Positions 1-13,670 of a DNA stretch of 64,000 nucleotides are shown one piece after another. The notes under the pieces were generated by a model. It had not been told where the DNA came from. It did not search any database and was given only the letters and a program-made list of their open reading frames with translations. Source of the stretch: Eledone cirrhosa (taxonomy: Eukaryota). The stretch lies in contig OZ024755.1 in assembly GCA_964016885.1 (NCBI GenBank), positions 36,084,001 through 36,148,000 on the forward strand. Reading direction: 5' to 3'. The position numbers and the translations under genes are program-made. Within the stretch, counting starts at the first letter, position 1; every line of letters starts with the position of its first letter.

Positions 1-164
1 TAGGGACCCCAGTCCCTATCATCTCATTTCTACAGCTGAGTAAAGTGGAGCAATGTGAAATAAAATGTCTTGCTCAAGGAAACAACACATCACCCGGTCC
101 GAGAATTGAACTCACAACCTTTCAATTGCAAGGCCAATGCTCTGACCACTAAGCCATGTGCCTC
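1..164 (-). mobile_element. tRNA-derived SINE family A, 5' part (runs off window edge)
   Basis: Reverse strand GAGGCACATGGCTTAGTGG (A box)...GTGAGTTCAATTC (B box)...TGTTTCCTTGAGCAAGACA; near-identical to 13221-13561. Confidence 0.85.
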
Positions 165-173
165 TATATATAT

Positions 174-590
174 AGTTTTAATATAGAAGAGCTTCTACAG
201 GACTAGAACCGTTTCATTCGTGAGAAATCACCAGGAAGCTGGTTGTCCAAGTAAATGGTAGTATTTATATCTTTCCTTATCTGGTGGTAGGAGAGGGTGG
301 GGATTGGGATGGGTGTAGGTCATTGGTTGAAGGATTTAAAGAAAAGGGGGTTCACTAAAAGCTAATTCTTTAAAGCTATAAAATTAACAAAGGCAGAAAG
401 AATACAGTAAGCAAGTTCAAAATTGGAATACCAATCCTTGTTTATCACTTAGACTAACAATGGCTGTAAGACAGGTGTCTACAGGATGGGTGGGGTTCAA
501 TGTAGTAGCTCTTCTATATTAAAACTTTTATACTATGCTATGTATTGAGTACCTTACTTACTGCGGTTACCTCCGATTCAACCCGGAATA
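174..590. mobile_element. Penelope-like non-coding relic with inverted 25-bp repeat, inserted in (TA)n
   Basis: 174-198 is the reverse complement of 502-526 (1 mismatch); contains a hammerhead motif; TA runs on both sides. Confidence 0.5.
190..240 (-). ncRNA. Degenerate type I hammerhead ribozyme motif
   Basis: Minus strand AGCTTC-CTGGTGA-TTTCTCACGAAT-GAAA-CGGTTCTAGTCCT-GTA-GAAGCT: perfect 6-bp stem I, stems II and III, GUA triplet; one core change (CTGGTGA vs CTGATGA). Confidence 0.55.
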
Positions 591-596
591 ACATAT

Positions 597-660
<64 letters not shown>

Positions 661-665
661 ATATA

Positions 666-739
<74 letters not shown>

Positions 740-745
740 CATATC
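591..745. repeat. (TA)n microsatellite
   Basis: Direct observation. Confidence 0.97.
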
Positions 746-753
746 TATCTAGG

Positions 754-1441
754 GCAGGTAAAATTCCCGAGATCCTTAGGGCATCAACATACGTTAACCT
801 TGGTCTTCCTCTTTCAGTGTGTTCATGCAGGGGCTCCCACAGTGTCAACTCTGGATGCCAGTGAGCATGTCCAGCTAACCTCAGTCTCCTCTGTGTCACT
901 TTTGAGCTGACTTTTGGGAGGCTCCCATACAGCTCTGAGTTTTTCATCCTCAGTGTATACTGATTAATGTTCAGAGCCATCCTTAGCATTCTCATGTAGC
1001 ACCCATCCACCATCTGAGTGAGCTTCTTGGTCAGTGTCCAAGTCTCAGACCCGTACAGCAGCACAGACTCCACTACAGCAAGGAAGAGGCGGATCTTCAG
1101 GTCTTCACGAAGGTCCGACTTCCACAGCGATCTCAAACTGTGGCACGCCGCCCAGGCTTTGCTCTTCCTCTCAACCACATCATCTTCCGTATTCCCAATC
1201 TTTGCTCCCAAATACAGGAAGTCCTCAACTAATTCCAGCGGCTTCCCTTCTACACTAGTGATCCCTTCTGGCTTCTCAATATTCTCTACCAGATATTTTG
1301 TTTTAGTCTCATTCATTCCCAGCCCCACACTCATCGACACAGTCTCAACCTCCCGCATCAAATCCTCTGCCTCCTTCACTGTATTTGTCACCAAATCTAT
1401 GTTGTCGGCAAATTCAGCATCCGATATCTTTTTCGCCTTAA
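754..1441 (-). mobile_element. RTE-clade LINE 3' fragment (RT C-terminus)
   Basis: [47 protein letters not shown] motifs. Confidence 0.9.
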
Positions 1442-1444
1442 CTT

Positions 1445-2620
1445 GTGGTGGTGGACATTAGGTGGAGTGAATCAGTGGTGGTGGGCATTAGGTGGAGTGA
1501 ATCAGTGGTGGTGGGCATTAGGTGGAGTGAATTAGTGGTGGTGGGCATTAGGTGGAGTGAATTAGTGGTGGTGTGGTGGACATTAGGTGGAGTGAATCAG
1601 TGGTGGTGGACATTAGGTGGAGTGAATCAGTGGTGGTGGGCATTAGGTGGAGTGAATTAGTGGTGGTGGGCATTAGGTGGAGTGAATTAGTGGTGGCGTG
1701 GTGGACATTAGGTGGAGTGAATCAGTGGTGGTGGACATTAGGTAGAGTGAATCAGTGGTGGTGTGGTGGACATTAGGTGGAGTGAATCAGTGGTGGTGGA
1801 CATTAGGTGGAGTGAATCAGTGGTGGTGGACATTAGGTGGAGTGAATCAGTGGTGGTGGACATTAGGTGGAGTGAATCAGTGGTGGTGTGGTGGACATTA
1901 GGTGGAGTGGATCAGTGGTGGTGGACATTAGGTGGAGTGAATCAGTGGTGGTGGACATTAGGTGGAGTGAATCAGTGGTGGTGTGGTGGACATTAGGTGG
2001 AGTGAATCAGTGGTGGTGGACATTAGGTGGAGTGAATCAGTGGTGGTGTGGTGGACATTAGGTGGAGTGAATCAGTGGTGGTGTGGTGGACATTAGGTGG
2101 AGTGGATCAGTGGTGGTGGACATTAGGGGGAGTGAATCAGTGGTGGTGGACATTAGGGGGAGTGAATCAGTGGTGGTGGACATTAGGGGGAGTGAATCAG
2201 TGGTGGTGGACATTAGGGGGAGTGAATCAGTGGTGGTGGACATTAGGTGGAGTGAATGAGTGGTGGTGTGGTGGACATTAGGTGGAGTGAATGAGTGGTG
2301 GTGTGGTGGACATTAGGTGGAGTGAATCAGTGGTGGTGGACATTAGGGGGAGTGAATCAGTGGTGGTGGACATTAGGTGGAGTGAATCAGTGGTGGTGGA
2401 CATTAGGTGGAGTGAATCAGTGGTGGTGTGGTGGACATTAGGTGGAGTGAATCAGTGGTGGTGTGGTGGACATTAGGTGGAGTGAATTAGTGGTGGTGGA
2501 CATTAGGTGGAGTGAATCAGTGGTGGTGTGGTGGACATTAGGTGGAGTGAATCAGTGGTGGTGTGGTGGACATTAGGTGGAGTGAATCAGTGGTGGTGGA
2601 CATTAGGTGGAGTGAATCAG
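1445..2620. repeat. 30/35-bp G-rich minisatellite
   Basis: Unit GTGGTGGACATTAGGTGGAGTGAATCAGTG with a +5 bp variant, >30 copies. Confidence 0.97.
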
Positions 2621-2680
2621 AAGATTTGTTGGAGAATGTAACGGCAGACCTTTTATTGTATTCAAAAGTCTCGTCTCTCA

Positions 2681-3558
2681 TCTATATATATAAAACTGTG
2701 GTTGTCTGTCTGTCTATCGATTTTTGGCACACATCTCCTCTTAGAATCTCTCACGGAATTGCACCGAAATTGCTATACTTGTACATTGAGCCCTAGCGAA
2801 CACATCGGAAAAAAAAATATTTCAAATTGACCCACCCTATGTGACGAAATCGAATATAATGTATCGATTTTTGAGCGTAAGTTATCAGTTATTTCCCTTT
2901 GTTCTGTTTACATTGAGCGTCTTACGTAAAAAATTACGCTGGCTTTCTCAGTTGTCGAGCCAGCAAAATATTGACCTGCAAAATTCATCAGTTCGAACAC
3001 TAAGCTTCCGTTTTGCTTCATTTCCATTTAAAAGCATTTTAAAACAATATTTTTACTTGAAAACAAGTCTATTTAAAGACTACGTAAAACAAGCAAATAT
3101 TTCGTCGTTAGGCGTGCAGACAGACAGTCGTGCAGACAGACAGTCGTGCAGAGAGGTGATATAGGCGTGCAGACAGACAGTCGTGCAGAGAGGTGATATA
3201 GGCGTGCAGACAGACAGTCGTGCAGAGAGGTGATATAGGCGTGCAGACAGACATAACTGATAATTTGGTTACGCTAACGTTTTTCTCTGCGTTGCAGTGT
3301 TTACATTTTCGATCTTTGTTAATAAATAACCAGTGCAGTTTCTATCCCCAGCATCCTCTTTTGTTATAACATTCGGGTTATCGTTATGTTTTCTTAACTT
3401 CATAAGGCATATTGTTGGTTGAGGGAATATTAATCAAAAACACCACATGCAAGTCTGCACAGTAGACACTACAGTTTTTAAGCCAAGAAAGAAACTTAAC
3501 ATTGTAACTTTAACACAGCTACTGAGCGACCCCGAGCAACGCCGGGCTTTACTGCTAG
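2681..3558 (+). mobile_element. Non-autonomous Helitron-like element
   Basis: A|TCTATATATATAAAAC 5' end; 3' hairpin CCCGAGCAACGCCGGG (3531-3546) 8 nt before CTAG|T; AT target, no TSD; internal 37-bp tandem repeat ~3110-3250. Confidence 0.8.
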
Positions 3559-4174
3559 TATTACTATAAATTTCAATTTCAAATAAATAACTCATTGGGC
3601 CTCATTTCTCGAGGGGTCGGTCAAAATCCCTTCTCGGCCCGTAGGTTTCCGAACCCTGGTTTAGAAGATCCAATGTGATTTTGCTTTCATTGTACAGTTT
3701 GGATGTGGTGAATGAAGCCATAAATAGTCAAAGGGGACCTTTGCTTAATTCATGACTAGTTTTGTTTATTCTAGATGTCTTTATATTGAAATTTAGACAA
3801 TTGTCAGTCATAATTACATATCCATTGGAATAACCGCAAACCAATAGAAATTTTAACATTTATTATTCTTTCTTTTGTTTGCATTTATTTATTTTTTGCA
3901 ATGCAGACAATAGTCTTTGCAGCCAAGCCCAGGTCATAGATACAAATTTAACCCAATTTCTGCAGTCTTATTTTAAAGTTTGAGAGAGACAAGAAGGAAA
4001 AGCCACAGGAACAATGAACTCACTCAAAAGATTAAAACCCAAAAAAAAACCCACAAAAAACAGTAAAAGAGATATTGAAGAGATCAAAAGACTGATAGGT
4101 AACATAGCAATAGTACAGAATCAAACAAAACCAACATTTTCAAATTTGATTTTGTATGTGTGTGAGTCGTTGAC

Positions 4175-4234
4175 AGTGTGTGTATATATACACACACATA
4201 TATATATAAACGCACGTACATATATAAACGCATG

Positions 4235-4280
<46 letters not shown>

Positions 4281-4655
4281 TATATATATACATGCACACA
4301 CACATATATATATACATGCACACACACACACACATATATATATACACACACACACATATATATACACACATATATACACACACACATATATATATACACA
4401 CACATACATATACACACATATGTATACACACACATACATATATATATACACACATATATATACACACACACACACATACATATACATGCACACACACATA
4501 TATACACAGACACACACATATATAAACATACACACACATACACACACACACACACATATATATATACACACACACATACATACACAGGCACACACACACA
4601 CACATATATATATATACACACACACCTACATACATACACAGGCACACATATATAT
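4175..4655. repeat. Compound (CA)n/(TA)n microsatellite
   Basis: Direct observation. Confidence 0.97.
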
Positions 4656-5026
4656 TAGTCATTTTATTCTGATGTACCAAAATATTGTTCCAGTAGTATA
4701 ACTAAAACTTTATAGTAATCAGTGTATTCATACAAAATATAAGATCAGGAGTTCAATTCCAGGAACAGGCAATGCCATTGAGCGAGATACTTTATTTCAC
4801 ATTCCTCCAATATTTCAAAGGGCTGGCCCTGCACACACTCTCTCATGCTGAGTCTCCCTGAGAACTATATCAACCCTCTACCATTTACATTACTCTATAT
4901 TTGCTATTGTATTTTCATGGTAATATTGAATCTTTGTAATATTGAATCTATGAAATTTTGATATTTTTTTTATTTTGAGAACAATACCTTAACATCAGTA
5001 TGAGTGGCCAGTTATAGTTTAAATTT

Positions 5027-5545
5027 TTCTTGTGACGCTAAACTCCGCCAGTTACAGACTGTACATCAACATGTGATATCTCTCTCCACAAAGTTCGATC
5101 ACCAACAGCAGAGTTCAAAGAGCAAAGATCAAGTCCAGTCCATAAGTTGACATTGTCAAGCCATCGTTTTGGCTGCCGGCCTCTGCTTCTCTTACCAGCC
5201 AACCTTCCTTCCAGGCATAACCTACTCACACCACGAGTTGATCTTTTCATATGACCGTATAGTTTGAGTACTCTTGACTTGACAATTGATGTAATTGGTC
5301 TAAGTTTGGTAATGTTGAGCAGCTCACTGATACAGATACGGTTGCTGAGCCGCTTGCCAGTCATAAGTCTCGTGATGTGGTTCTGGAATGTAGTGAGCTT
5401 CTGAAGTGACCTTATCGTCCAATTAACAGTCAAGACCAGCTCACTGATACAGATATGGTCGCTTAGCCGCTTGCCAGTCATAAGTCTCATGATGTGGTTC
5501 TGGAATGTAGTGATCTTCTGAAGTGACCTTGTCGTCCAATTAACA
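5027..5545 (-). mobile_element. RTE LINE 3' fragment with internal 117-bp duplication
   Basis: LKLYGHMKR, GKRSRGRQPKRWLDNV; near-identical to 32155-32630. Confidence 0.85.
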
Positions 5546-5784
5546 ATAGTTTAAATGCTAAACGGTTATAATGAACAGTTTTGTATCATAAATCCAGGCT
5601 CGTTTTATGTAGTTTAGTATCAAAAGGGTTAAACGTGAATTAACACAATATCCTGTGCCACATTAAACAGCATTAACATGACACCTGTGAAAAATATAAA
5701 ACTGCACCATGACTGCATCACATTGAAAATTCAAGTCTTTAATTTATTGCACATTTTGCACAGTGATCTGTCCACTTTTAATAA

Positions 5785-5990
5785 TAACGAAATAATGAAA
5801 ATTATTGTGTACAGTGCTCAGGTGCACTACAACTTATCAACAGTACATGTATAGTACATCTAATAATATACAAAGGTCAGGAAAGTGATCGTATGAGTTA
5901 TGATATACACACCGATACATGTGTGCATGTGTATGGAGGGGGAATATCAGGTGTAGTATTGGCCTATTTCCGCAAGCATGGAAGTTTTGA
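5785..5990 (-). mobile_element. CR1-type LINE 3' UTR fragment
   Basis: Reverse complement of the tail at ~36500-36690 (CTGAGCACTGTACACAATAATTTTCATTAT). Confidence 0.8.
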
Positions 5991-6204
5991 GAATAAACAA
6001 ACCTGATTTTAGATATTTTATGCTAAATCATTGCAAGATGCTAAGAGGTAAAATAAACATTTTTCAAACAGAATTAATAGTGTGTTCACAACGTGTTGGA
6101 TTTTCAAGAGTTCCGACGAGTATTTTGGTTGTTTAAACAACAGGACAGCCTTACTTGTGAAATTAACAAGCATGTGGGTAAGCATTGCATAGTTAAATAT
6201 ACCC

Positions 6205-6644
6205 TTAACCCTTTCGCATTTAACCCTTTAGTGTTCAAACCGGCCCAAACCGGCCAGAATTCTCTACCTCTTTCTGTTGAAACAGGCTCTAACTGGTCGC
6301 TCAAACTGATGTTAAGGTATTGTTTTCAAAATAAATACTTTCAAAATCTCATAGATTCGATATTATGTGGGATAAGTATGTGAGGTAAAGCCTTTACCAT
6401 GAAAATATAATAGTATATATAAAATAATGTGAATGCTAAAGGGTTAAACCAGCCATATCCAGCCAGAATTGTCTCACCTCTTTCTGTTCAAACCAGCTGT
6501 AACCAGCCACTCATACTTATGTTAAGGTATTGTTCTCAAAATAAATAGTATCAAAATCTCATAGATTCAATATAATGTGAGATAAAGCCTTCACCATGAA
6601 AATATTATAGTAAATATAGAGTAATTTAAATGCTAAAGGGTTAA
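6205..6644 (+). mobile_element. piggyBac-type TTAA MITE family 1, two copies nested
   Basis: Termini TTAA-CCCTTT...AAAGGG-TTAA; inner copy 6224-6443 sits in the internal TTAA of the outer copy. Confidence 0.8.
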
Positions 6645-6764
6645 AGTGTTTATCCTTATATTAAATCCATCTGTCTTAATTTTATTTAAGAAACGTTAGT
6701 TAAGTAATTTTCTAAACATCAGCTTATAAATGAATTATTTTATTAAATTCATAATTTTTGGTTA

Positions 6765-6988
6765 TTAACCCCTTTTAATATCAAACCACCTGAAACTATT
6801 CTCGATTTATGATGAAAAACTGTTCATTTTAAAGTGTTTATCCTTATAGTAAATCCTTCCGTCATGATTTTATTTGAGAAATTTTAGTTATTTGTTTTGT
6901 CTTAAAAAAAAAACCTCCCAATTGTTGGTTATTTTCAAAATTAGCTGAAACACATAGGTTGTGGTAGTGACAGGTATGGAAGGGTTAA
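6765..6988 (+). mobile_element. piggyBac-type TTAA MITE family 2
   Basis: TTAACCCCTTTT...GAAGGGTTAA ends; related fragments at ~5570-5632 and 6645-6764. Confidence 0.55.
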
Positions 6989-7824
6989 TTATTTCAATAA
7001 TAGAGATATTGGAAAGCATCTTTAATCTAATCTGGCCGAGTTTACACTCGCAAATAAGAAGAACCAGGGCCGCCCCTAGGAGCATTGGATTTGGTGTACT
7101 TCATATTTGTTTGGGTTCTGAATACAATCAGGGGTCGCTGCTTCTCCTGAAGGTCAATTAGTTCTCTTCTAACTCGAGCGGGAGTACCTTTCCATTGTCA
7201 ATTTGCATTGATCATCTGCAAAGCCGCATTGTTCTCAGAACCACTACACCAGTCTTTCGATGTGTGCAGCTGGAACCACTGCCACCCATTGATTTGGCAG
7301 GATTTTTTTTTTTTTTTTTAAAGATGGCCGTTGACTCTTATGAGTTCTTCCGCCCATTGTCAGGTTTTGTTTTTTGACCTGCAGGGTGTCCAAAATTACC
7401 CTCCTCACCAAGTAAAATTGGTGGGGTTGCCCATTTAGTCGCTGACGACCTGACCATGCAACAGGTTGTACTGGGAAAGCAACAGAGGGTAATGTAGAAC
7501 AGATACAGATATTGAAGGAGCTTGTTTATTGCTTGTATTGTTGGGGTGATCTTGGTCTTCTCATTTCGTACTACAGGTAAAATTCTGTTATAACAAATAC
7601 CATTATAAAGAATTTTTCAGTATGACTTTGATAGGTTTTGGCCAGTATTGGCCCAGGTCATGTCTAACTTTTTTTCAAGTGTAATTATTTTGCTTTTAAT
7701 GAAAATTCTATTCCAAAATAAAACAATGTACTTGGATGGATTTTAAAAAGCTGTGACAATATTTTTATTAAACAGCTGGCAACCAGCCCAGACTGGTTAC
7801 ATGTTAAATGGACGACATATATTC

Positions 7825-8131
7825 ACATACAGGCGCGTGCATGTGCAAACACACACACTTATTCACACACACACAGACATACACGCACACATGCAAACAC
7901 ATACACTCACTCATTCATTCACAAACACACACACACAGACATTCACAAACACACACACACATGCACACAGACATTCACAAACACACACATGCACACAGAC
8001 ATTCACAAACACACACACATACACATACACACAAACACACACAAACACACACAGACATTCACAAACACACACAGGCATTCAAAAACACACACACACACAC
8101 ACTCATTCACACACAATCACATACACCCACT

Positions 8132-8194
<63 letters not shown>

Positions 8195-8765
8195 GCATGC
8201 AAACACACAGTCAGTCATTCATTCACAAACACACACACATTCACACACAGACAATCACATACACACATTCACACACAGACAATCACATACACACATTCAC
8301 ACACAGACACACACATATTTATTCACACACACACATACATGCGCAAACACATACTCACTCATTCACAAACACACACACACAGAGGTACACATTCCCACAC
8401 AGACAATCACACACATACACTCATTCACAGACACACACACACACAATCACACTCGCACACACTCATTCACAGATAGACACACACACACCCACTCATTCAC
8501 ACACACGCATGCGCGCAAACACATACACTCACTCACTCATTCATTCACAAACACATACAGACACACATTCACAACACAGACAATCACATACACACACTCA
8601 TTCACACACACACACACACGCATGCACACACACATACACTCACCTGCATGCACTCATTCACAGAAATTCACACAAACACACACACTCATTCACAGACACA
8701 CACTTGTGTGTGCACACGCTCACACATACACTTACTCACACACACAGACAGACAGACAGATACAA
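7825..8765. repeat. CA-rich compound microsatellite
   Basis: (CA)n interspersed with ATTCAC/CAGA. Confidence 0.95.
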
Positions 8766-9403
8766 TGTCAAAAGAAAAGCAACAAACTCATAAGAGAAAC
8801 CAGTTGATATATTTGCACTTTATGACCACAAAATGGAAATTGATCTTTGCTTGAATTAAACAGATCAATTGTCTTACAAAACATTGCATGTTTTCCACTC
8901 ATTGTAAGGTTCAATGGTTCAATCAACAATAGCATCTATCAATACTACACACTTTGTGATATCAAGCAAGGTGTGTAGATGCTTTATTCTTGCCAGTATT
9001 AAAAACACATAAAGTAGTAAACTTCTGTTGTGTTTCCATAGCTATTACTTACCTCTGCCAATTTCTTCTCAATTTACATTAAGGGTGTGCAGCAATAGAT
9101 TATACAAATATATTTACAAGTCTAGGTCACATTAAAAGAGATTGTACTTCCATTAAAAAAACAATAGTGTAATACTGACATATTCGATTATCTATATAAC
9201 GAAGGATTAGTAATAAATAGATGCAATCAGAATTAATATGACGAAAATTATTTTAGCTGTTTCATTAGAGGTAGTTTTTACTTGTATCTTAATGGTGTTT
9301 TATCTATATATGTTTGTAAAAGTTAAACAATTCTGCAAATATGAATATGAAAAGTTAATGATTTGTGATTCTCAAACAGATAAACTAGAATTTAGGTTCT
9401 TGC

Positions 9404-9688
9404 TTAACCCTTTACCATTCAAACTGGCTGTATACGGCCAGATTTCTCTCACCTCTTTCTATTGAAACTGGCTGTAACTGGCCATTCATAACCCTTTACC
9501 ATTCAAACTGGCTTCTCTCACCTCTTTCTATTGAAACTGGCCATTCATACTGATGTTAAAGTATTGTTCTCAAAATAAATAATATCAAAATCTCATAGAT
9601 TCAATATTATGTGAGATAAGTGAGGTAAAGCCTATACTGTGAAAATATAATAGTATATATATAGAGTAATGTAAATTGTAAAGGGTTG
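9404..9688 (+). mobile_element. TTAA MITE family 1 with internal duplication
   Basis: Matches 40284-40511; the start is repeated at ~9490. Confidence 0.75.
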
Positions 9689-9744
9689 AAAGGTACAAAC
9701 AAAAATTCTAACATCACTATAACCATCACCATCATCATCATCAT

Positions 9745-10380
9745 CATCATTGTTGTCAATGTTACCCGTTTTCCATGCTAGCTGGGGTTGGACAAGTTGT
9801 CACAGACCAGTTACTATTCAACGTAGATCTTCTGACCTCCAAGTAGGTTGAAACAATCCAACACTTTAACATGTACCTTTTATCATGGTACCAACAATAG
9901 GAAAGGTGACATGTACTTGGCATACTTGAAGAGTTTTCCTCGACTTTTTGTTTGGCAGATTTTCTATGGCTGGTTGCCCTTGCTATCCCCAACCACTTTA
10001 TAGGAGTGTACTGGGTGATTGTTTATCAAGTGGTTCACCAACACTATGGAGGTTACCATGTCTATGGCACAGCTGAAGTCCTCATGGCACATTGTTTGGC
10101 AAGTTTTTTATAGCTGGTTGCCCTTCATATCACCAATCACTTTACAGAGTGTACTGGGTGTGTGTAAATCACCAACACTAGAGAGGTTGTTGTGCCTCTG
10201 GCACAACTAAAGAGTCCTCTCACCCTTTCTGGCATGGTTTCTACAGTGGAGGTTTATTCATATAGTCAGCCACATTACAGGCTGTACTAGAAATAAAAAC
10301 CAGGTCAGCAACTGTAGCTGTGTAAAATATATGAGGCAGTCAACAGGTTAACTCATACTAGAAGACATGGCTCTTGCATT
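9745..10380 (-). mobile_element. Old copy of RTE-tailed retroposon family C
   Basis: (CAT)n then CCGTTTTCCATGCTAGC tail; degenerate CCACTTTACAG..GTACTGGGTG units. Confidence 0.55.
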
Positions 10381-11340
10381 CAGGTGAGAAAGGACAGTTC
10401 GCTATTTCATTGCTGGATATATTATTCTTATTGTTATAGGTCAAATCATGTGAGTTTAGTTAGTCTACTATGAGGCTACATCTCATAGAAGTTTCATTAG
10501 GCAGTTTAAACTTTTAGTATTTAAGTTATTCTATATTTACTATTGTATTTTCATGGTACAGGCTTTATCTTACATAATTATCTCACATGATATCGAATCT
10601 ATGAGATTTTGATATTATTTATTTTGAGAACAATACCTTGCCATCAATATGAGCAGTCGATTACAGCCAGATTGAACAGAAAGAGGTGAGAGAATGCTAA
10701 AGGGTTTATGATAGGACCCCTGATCCAATCATTTCAGGATTTCCTTATGACAGAAAATAGAATTTGACCTCAGAATGCACTGAGCTGTAACACATACAAT
10801 AAGACTACTATCAATGACAACAAGAACAGCAACAATCACAGAGTTTTAGTAGTATATAAATATATATATATATGTGTGTATCCAAAATGGCTGACTAAAT
10901 ACACCTGTGTTTTTATTCCTCTTTTTTTCCTCATTTTACTTTCCATTTCTCACTCTTTTTTTCTTCTATTTATCTTCTATTTCTAACTCTATCTTCCAAT
11001 GAAGGACTAGTGGGACCGAAACATTAATAATATCCTCCTGCTATTTCAAGCGTTAAACTAATATATTTCTTTAATGTACAGTGATATTTGCATTGTTATT
11101 TCTGTTTAACTTTTATAATGTCATCACCATCGTTTAAAATCCATTTTCCACGCTAACATGAATAGGGCGGGTTGACCCTTTGAGGGAGAATCAGGTTAGA
11201 GGACTGTGTTTCGCTCACCTGGGCCTGATTTTGGCTTGGTTGATACAGCTAGATGAACATCCTGATGCCAACCTCACTTACAGTGTGTGCTGGGTGCTTT
11301 TTGCATGTCACCTACACAACCACATTACAGTGAGTGTGGA

Positions 11341-11396
<56 letters not shown>

Positions 11397-11544
11397 GTGG
11401 TAACAATAGTTAGTTAACCATACCGAGAAAAATTGTTTCACCTTAGCAGATCCTCAGCTCATACTGGTCATGATTATACGGAATAGGAAGAACCCTATTT
11501 ATTTTGAGAACAATACCTTGATATCAGTCATATATATATATATA

Positions 11545-11876
11545 TCATCATCATCTTTTTACGTCCGCTTTTCCCTGCTTGCAAGGGTGGGACGGGAACT
11601 GATGCTGGCTTGATTTCTACAGCTGGATGCCCTTCCTAACACCAACCTCATTTACAGTGAGGGCTCGGTGCTTTTTCGTGGCACCTCCACGACCACTTTG
11701 CAGTGGAATGATAGGGACTCCAGTCCCTATCATCTCATTTCTACAGCTGAGTAAACTGGAGTAATGTGAAATAAAGTGTCTTGCTCAAGGAAACAACACA
11801 TCACCCGGTCTGAGAATTGAACTCACAACCTTTCGATTGCAATGCCAATGCTCTAACCACTAAGCCATGTGCCTCC
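11545..11876 (-). mobile_element. SINE family A, full length
   Basis: Reverse complement of 13221-13561. Confidence 0.9.
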
Positions 11877-12042
11877 ATAGCCATGTGCATATATATCTAC
11901 AATAATAGTAAATATGAAGACCAAAATCTGAAAAGTGATCGATAAGGATTGTGTATGTGTATATATATAAAGTATATAAAGTATATATATATATAAAGTG
12001 TATATATATATATATATATAAAGTATATATATAAAGTATATA

Positions 12043-12448
12043 TGTTGGTGCCACAGAATCCAGGCTGAAACAAATGAGATCGTGTAGGTGTCACGAAAAA
12101 AAAAACACACAGTCCACGCTGTAATGTGACCGTGTAGGCAACACGGTAAAAACGTCCCAGTCCCACACTGTAAATGTGGTTGGTGTTAGGAAGGGCATCC
12201 AGCTGTAGAAAACCTGCCAGACAGTCCACGCTGTAATGTGGCCGTGTAGGTAACACGGTAAAAACCTCCCAGTTCCACACTGTAAATGTGGTTGGTGTTA
12301 GGAAGGGCATCCAGCTGTAGAAAACCCGCCAGACAGTCCTATGCGAGCAAGACAACCACTCTTGCCTCAAGTGGGAAAACTCCCGTCCAAACCCATGCAA
12401 GCGTGGAATATGGACGTTAAACGATGATGATGATGATGATGATGATGA
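12043..12448 (+). mobile_element. Retroposon family C, two internal 112-bp units, (GAT)n tail
   Basis: Near-identical in inverse orientation to 24133-24645. Confidence 0.85.
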
Positions 12449-12850
<402 letters not shown>

Positions 12851-13220
12851 AATATAGTTAGAGACCTTTGTGTGCAGAGTTGAAATCCTGGCACGGTTAG
12901 CTTTGCTTTTCACCTCTATAGGTTCAATAAAAAGTACCAGTAACCTACGTGGGGTGATTTAACCAACTTTCCCCTTCCCTTTAAATTGCTGGCCCCACAC
13001 GAACAGTAGAAACAGTTATAATTACATAATATACATATTGTATGAATATCGGAGCACAGCTATTGGCATATACAAGTTCATACACGACATGCCGAAACTA
13101 TATCACCCACGAACCACATATTGATCACTTAGACAATATACACATCAATATCTATGTATGGCTACCAATATATACATACATGAATATGTGTTATGTTATG
13201 TTATATATATATATATATAT

Positions 13221-13561
13221 GGAGGCACATGGCTTAGTGGTTAGAGCATTGGGCTTGCAATCGAAAGGTTGTGAGTTCAATTCTCAGACCGGGTGATGTG
13301 TTGTTTCCTTGAGCAAGACACTTTATTTCACATTTCTCCAGTTTACTCAGCTGTAGAAATGAGATGATAGGGACTGGGGTCCCATTCCATTGCAAAGTGG
13401 TCGTGGAGGCGCCATGGCAAAAAAGCACCCAGCAATCACTGTAAATGAGGTTGGTGTTAGGAAGGGCATCCAGCTGTAGAAATCAAGCCAGAATCAGTTC
13501 CCGTCCCACCCTTGCAAGCAGGGAAAAAGTGGACGTAAAATGAAATGATGATGAATGATGA
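13221..13561 (+). mobile_element. SINE family A, full length (tRNA head, RTE-derived tail)
   Basis: A box TGGCTTAGTGG, B box GAGTTCAATTC; 3' CCCGTCCCACCCTTGCAAGCAGGGAAAA..GGACGTAAAATG+(GAT)n matches the RTE end at ~56436-56497; long flanking direct repeat ATACATACATGAATATGT. Confidence 0.92.
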
Positions 13562-13670
13562 TATATATACATACATGAATATGTATTATGTTATGTTATG
13601 TTATATATAAATATATATATACATACATGTGTTATGTTATGTTATGTTATATATATATATATATATATAT

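Noticed and set aside
1445-2620. Telomere-like repeat (contains TTAGG)
   Set aside because: TTAGG is only part of a 30-bp unit; there is no (TTAGGG)n array
13221-13295. tRNA-like sequence with A and B boxes
   Set aside because: It is the head of a multi-copy SINE and continues into SINE body and RTE tail
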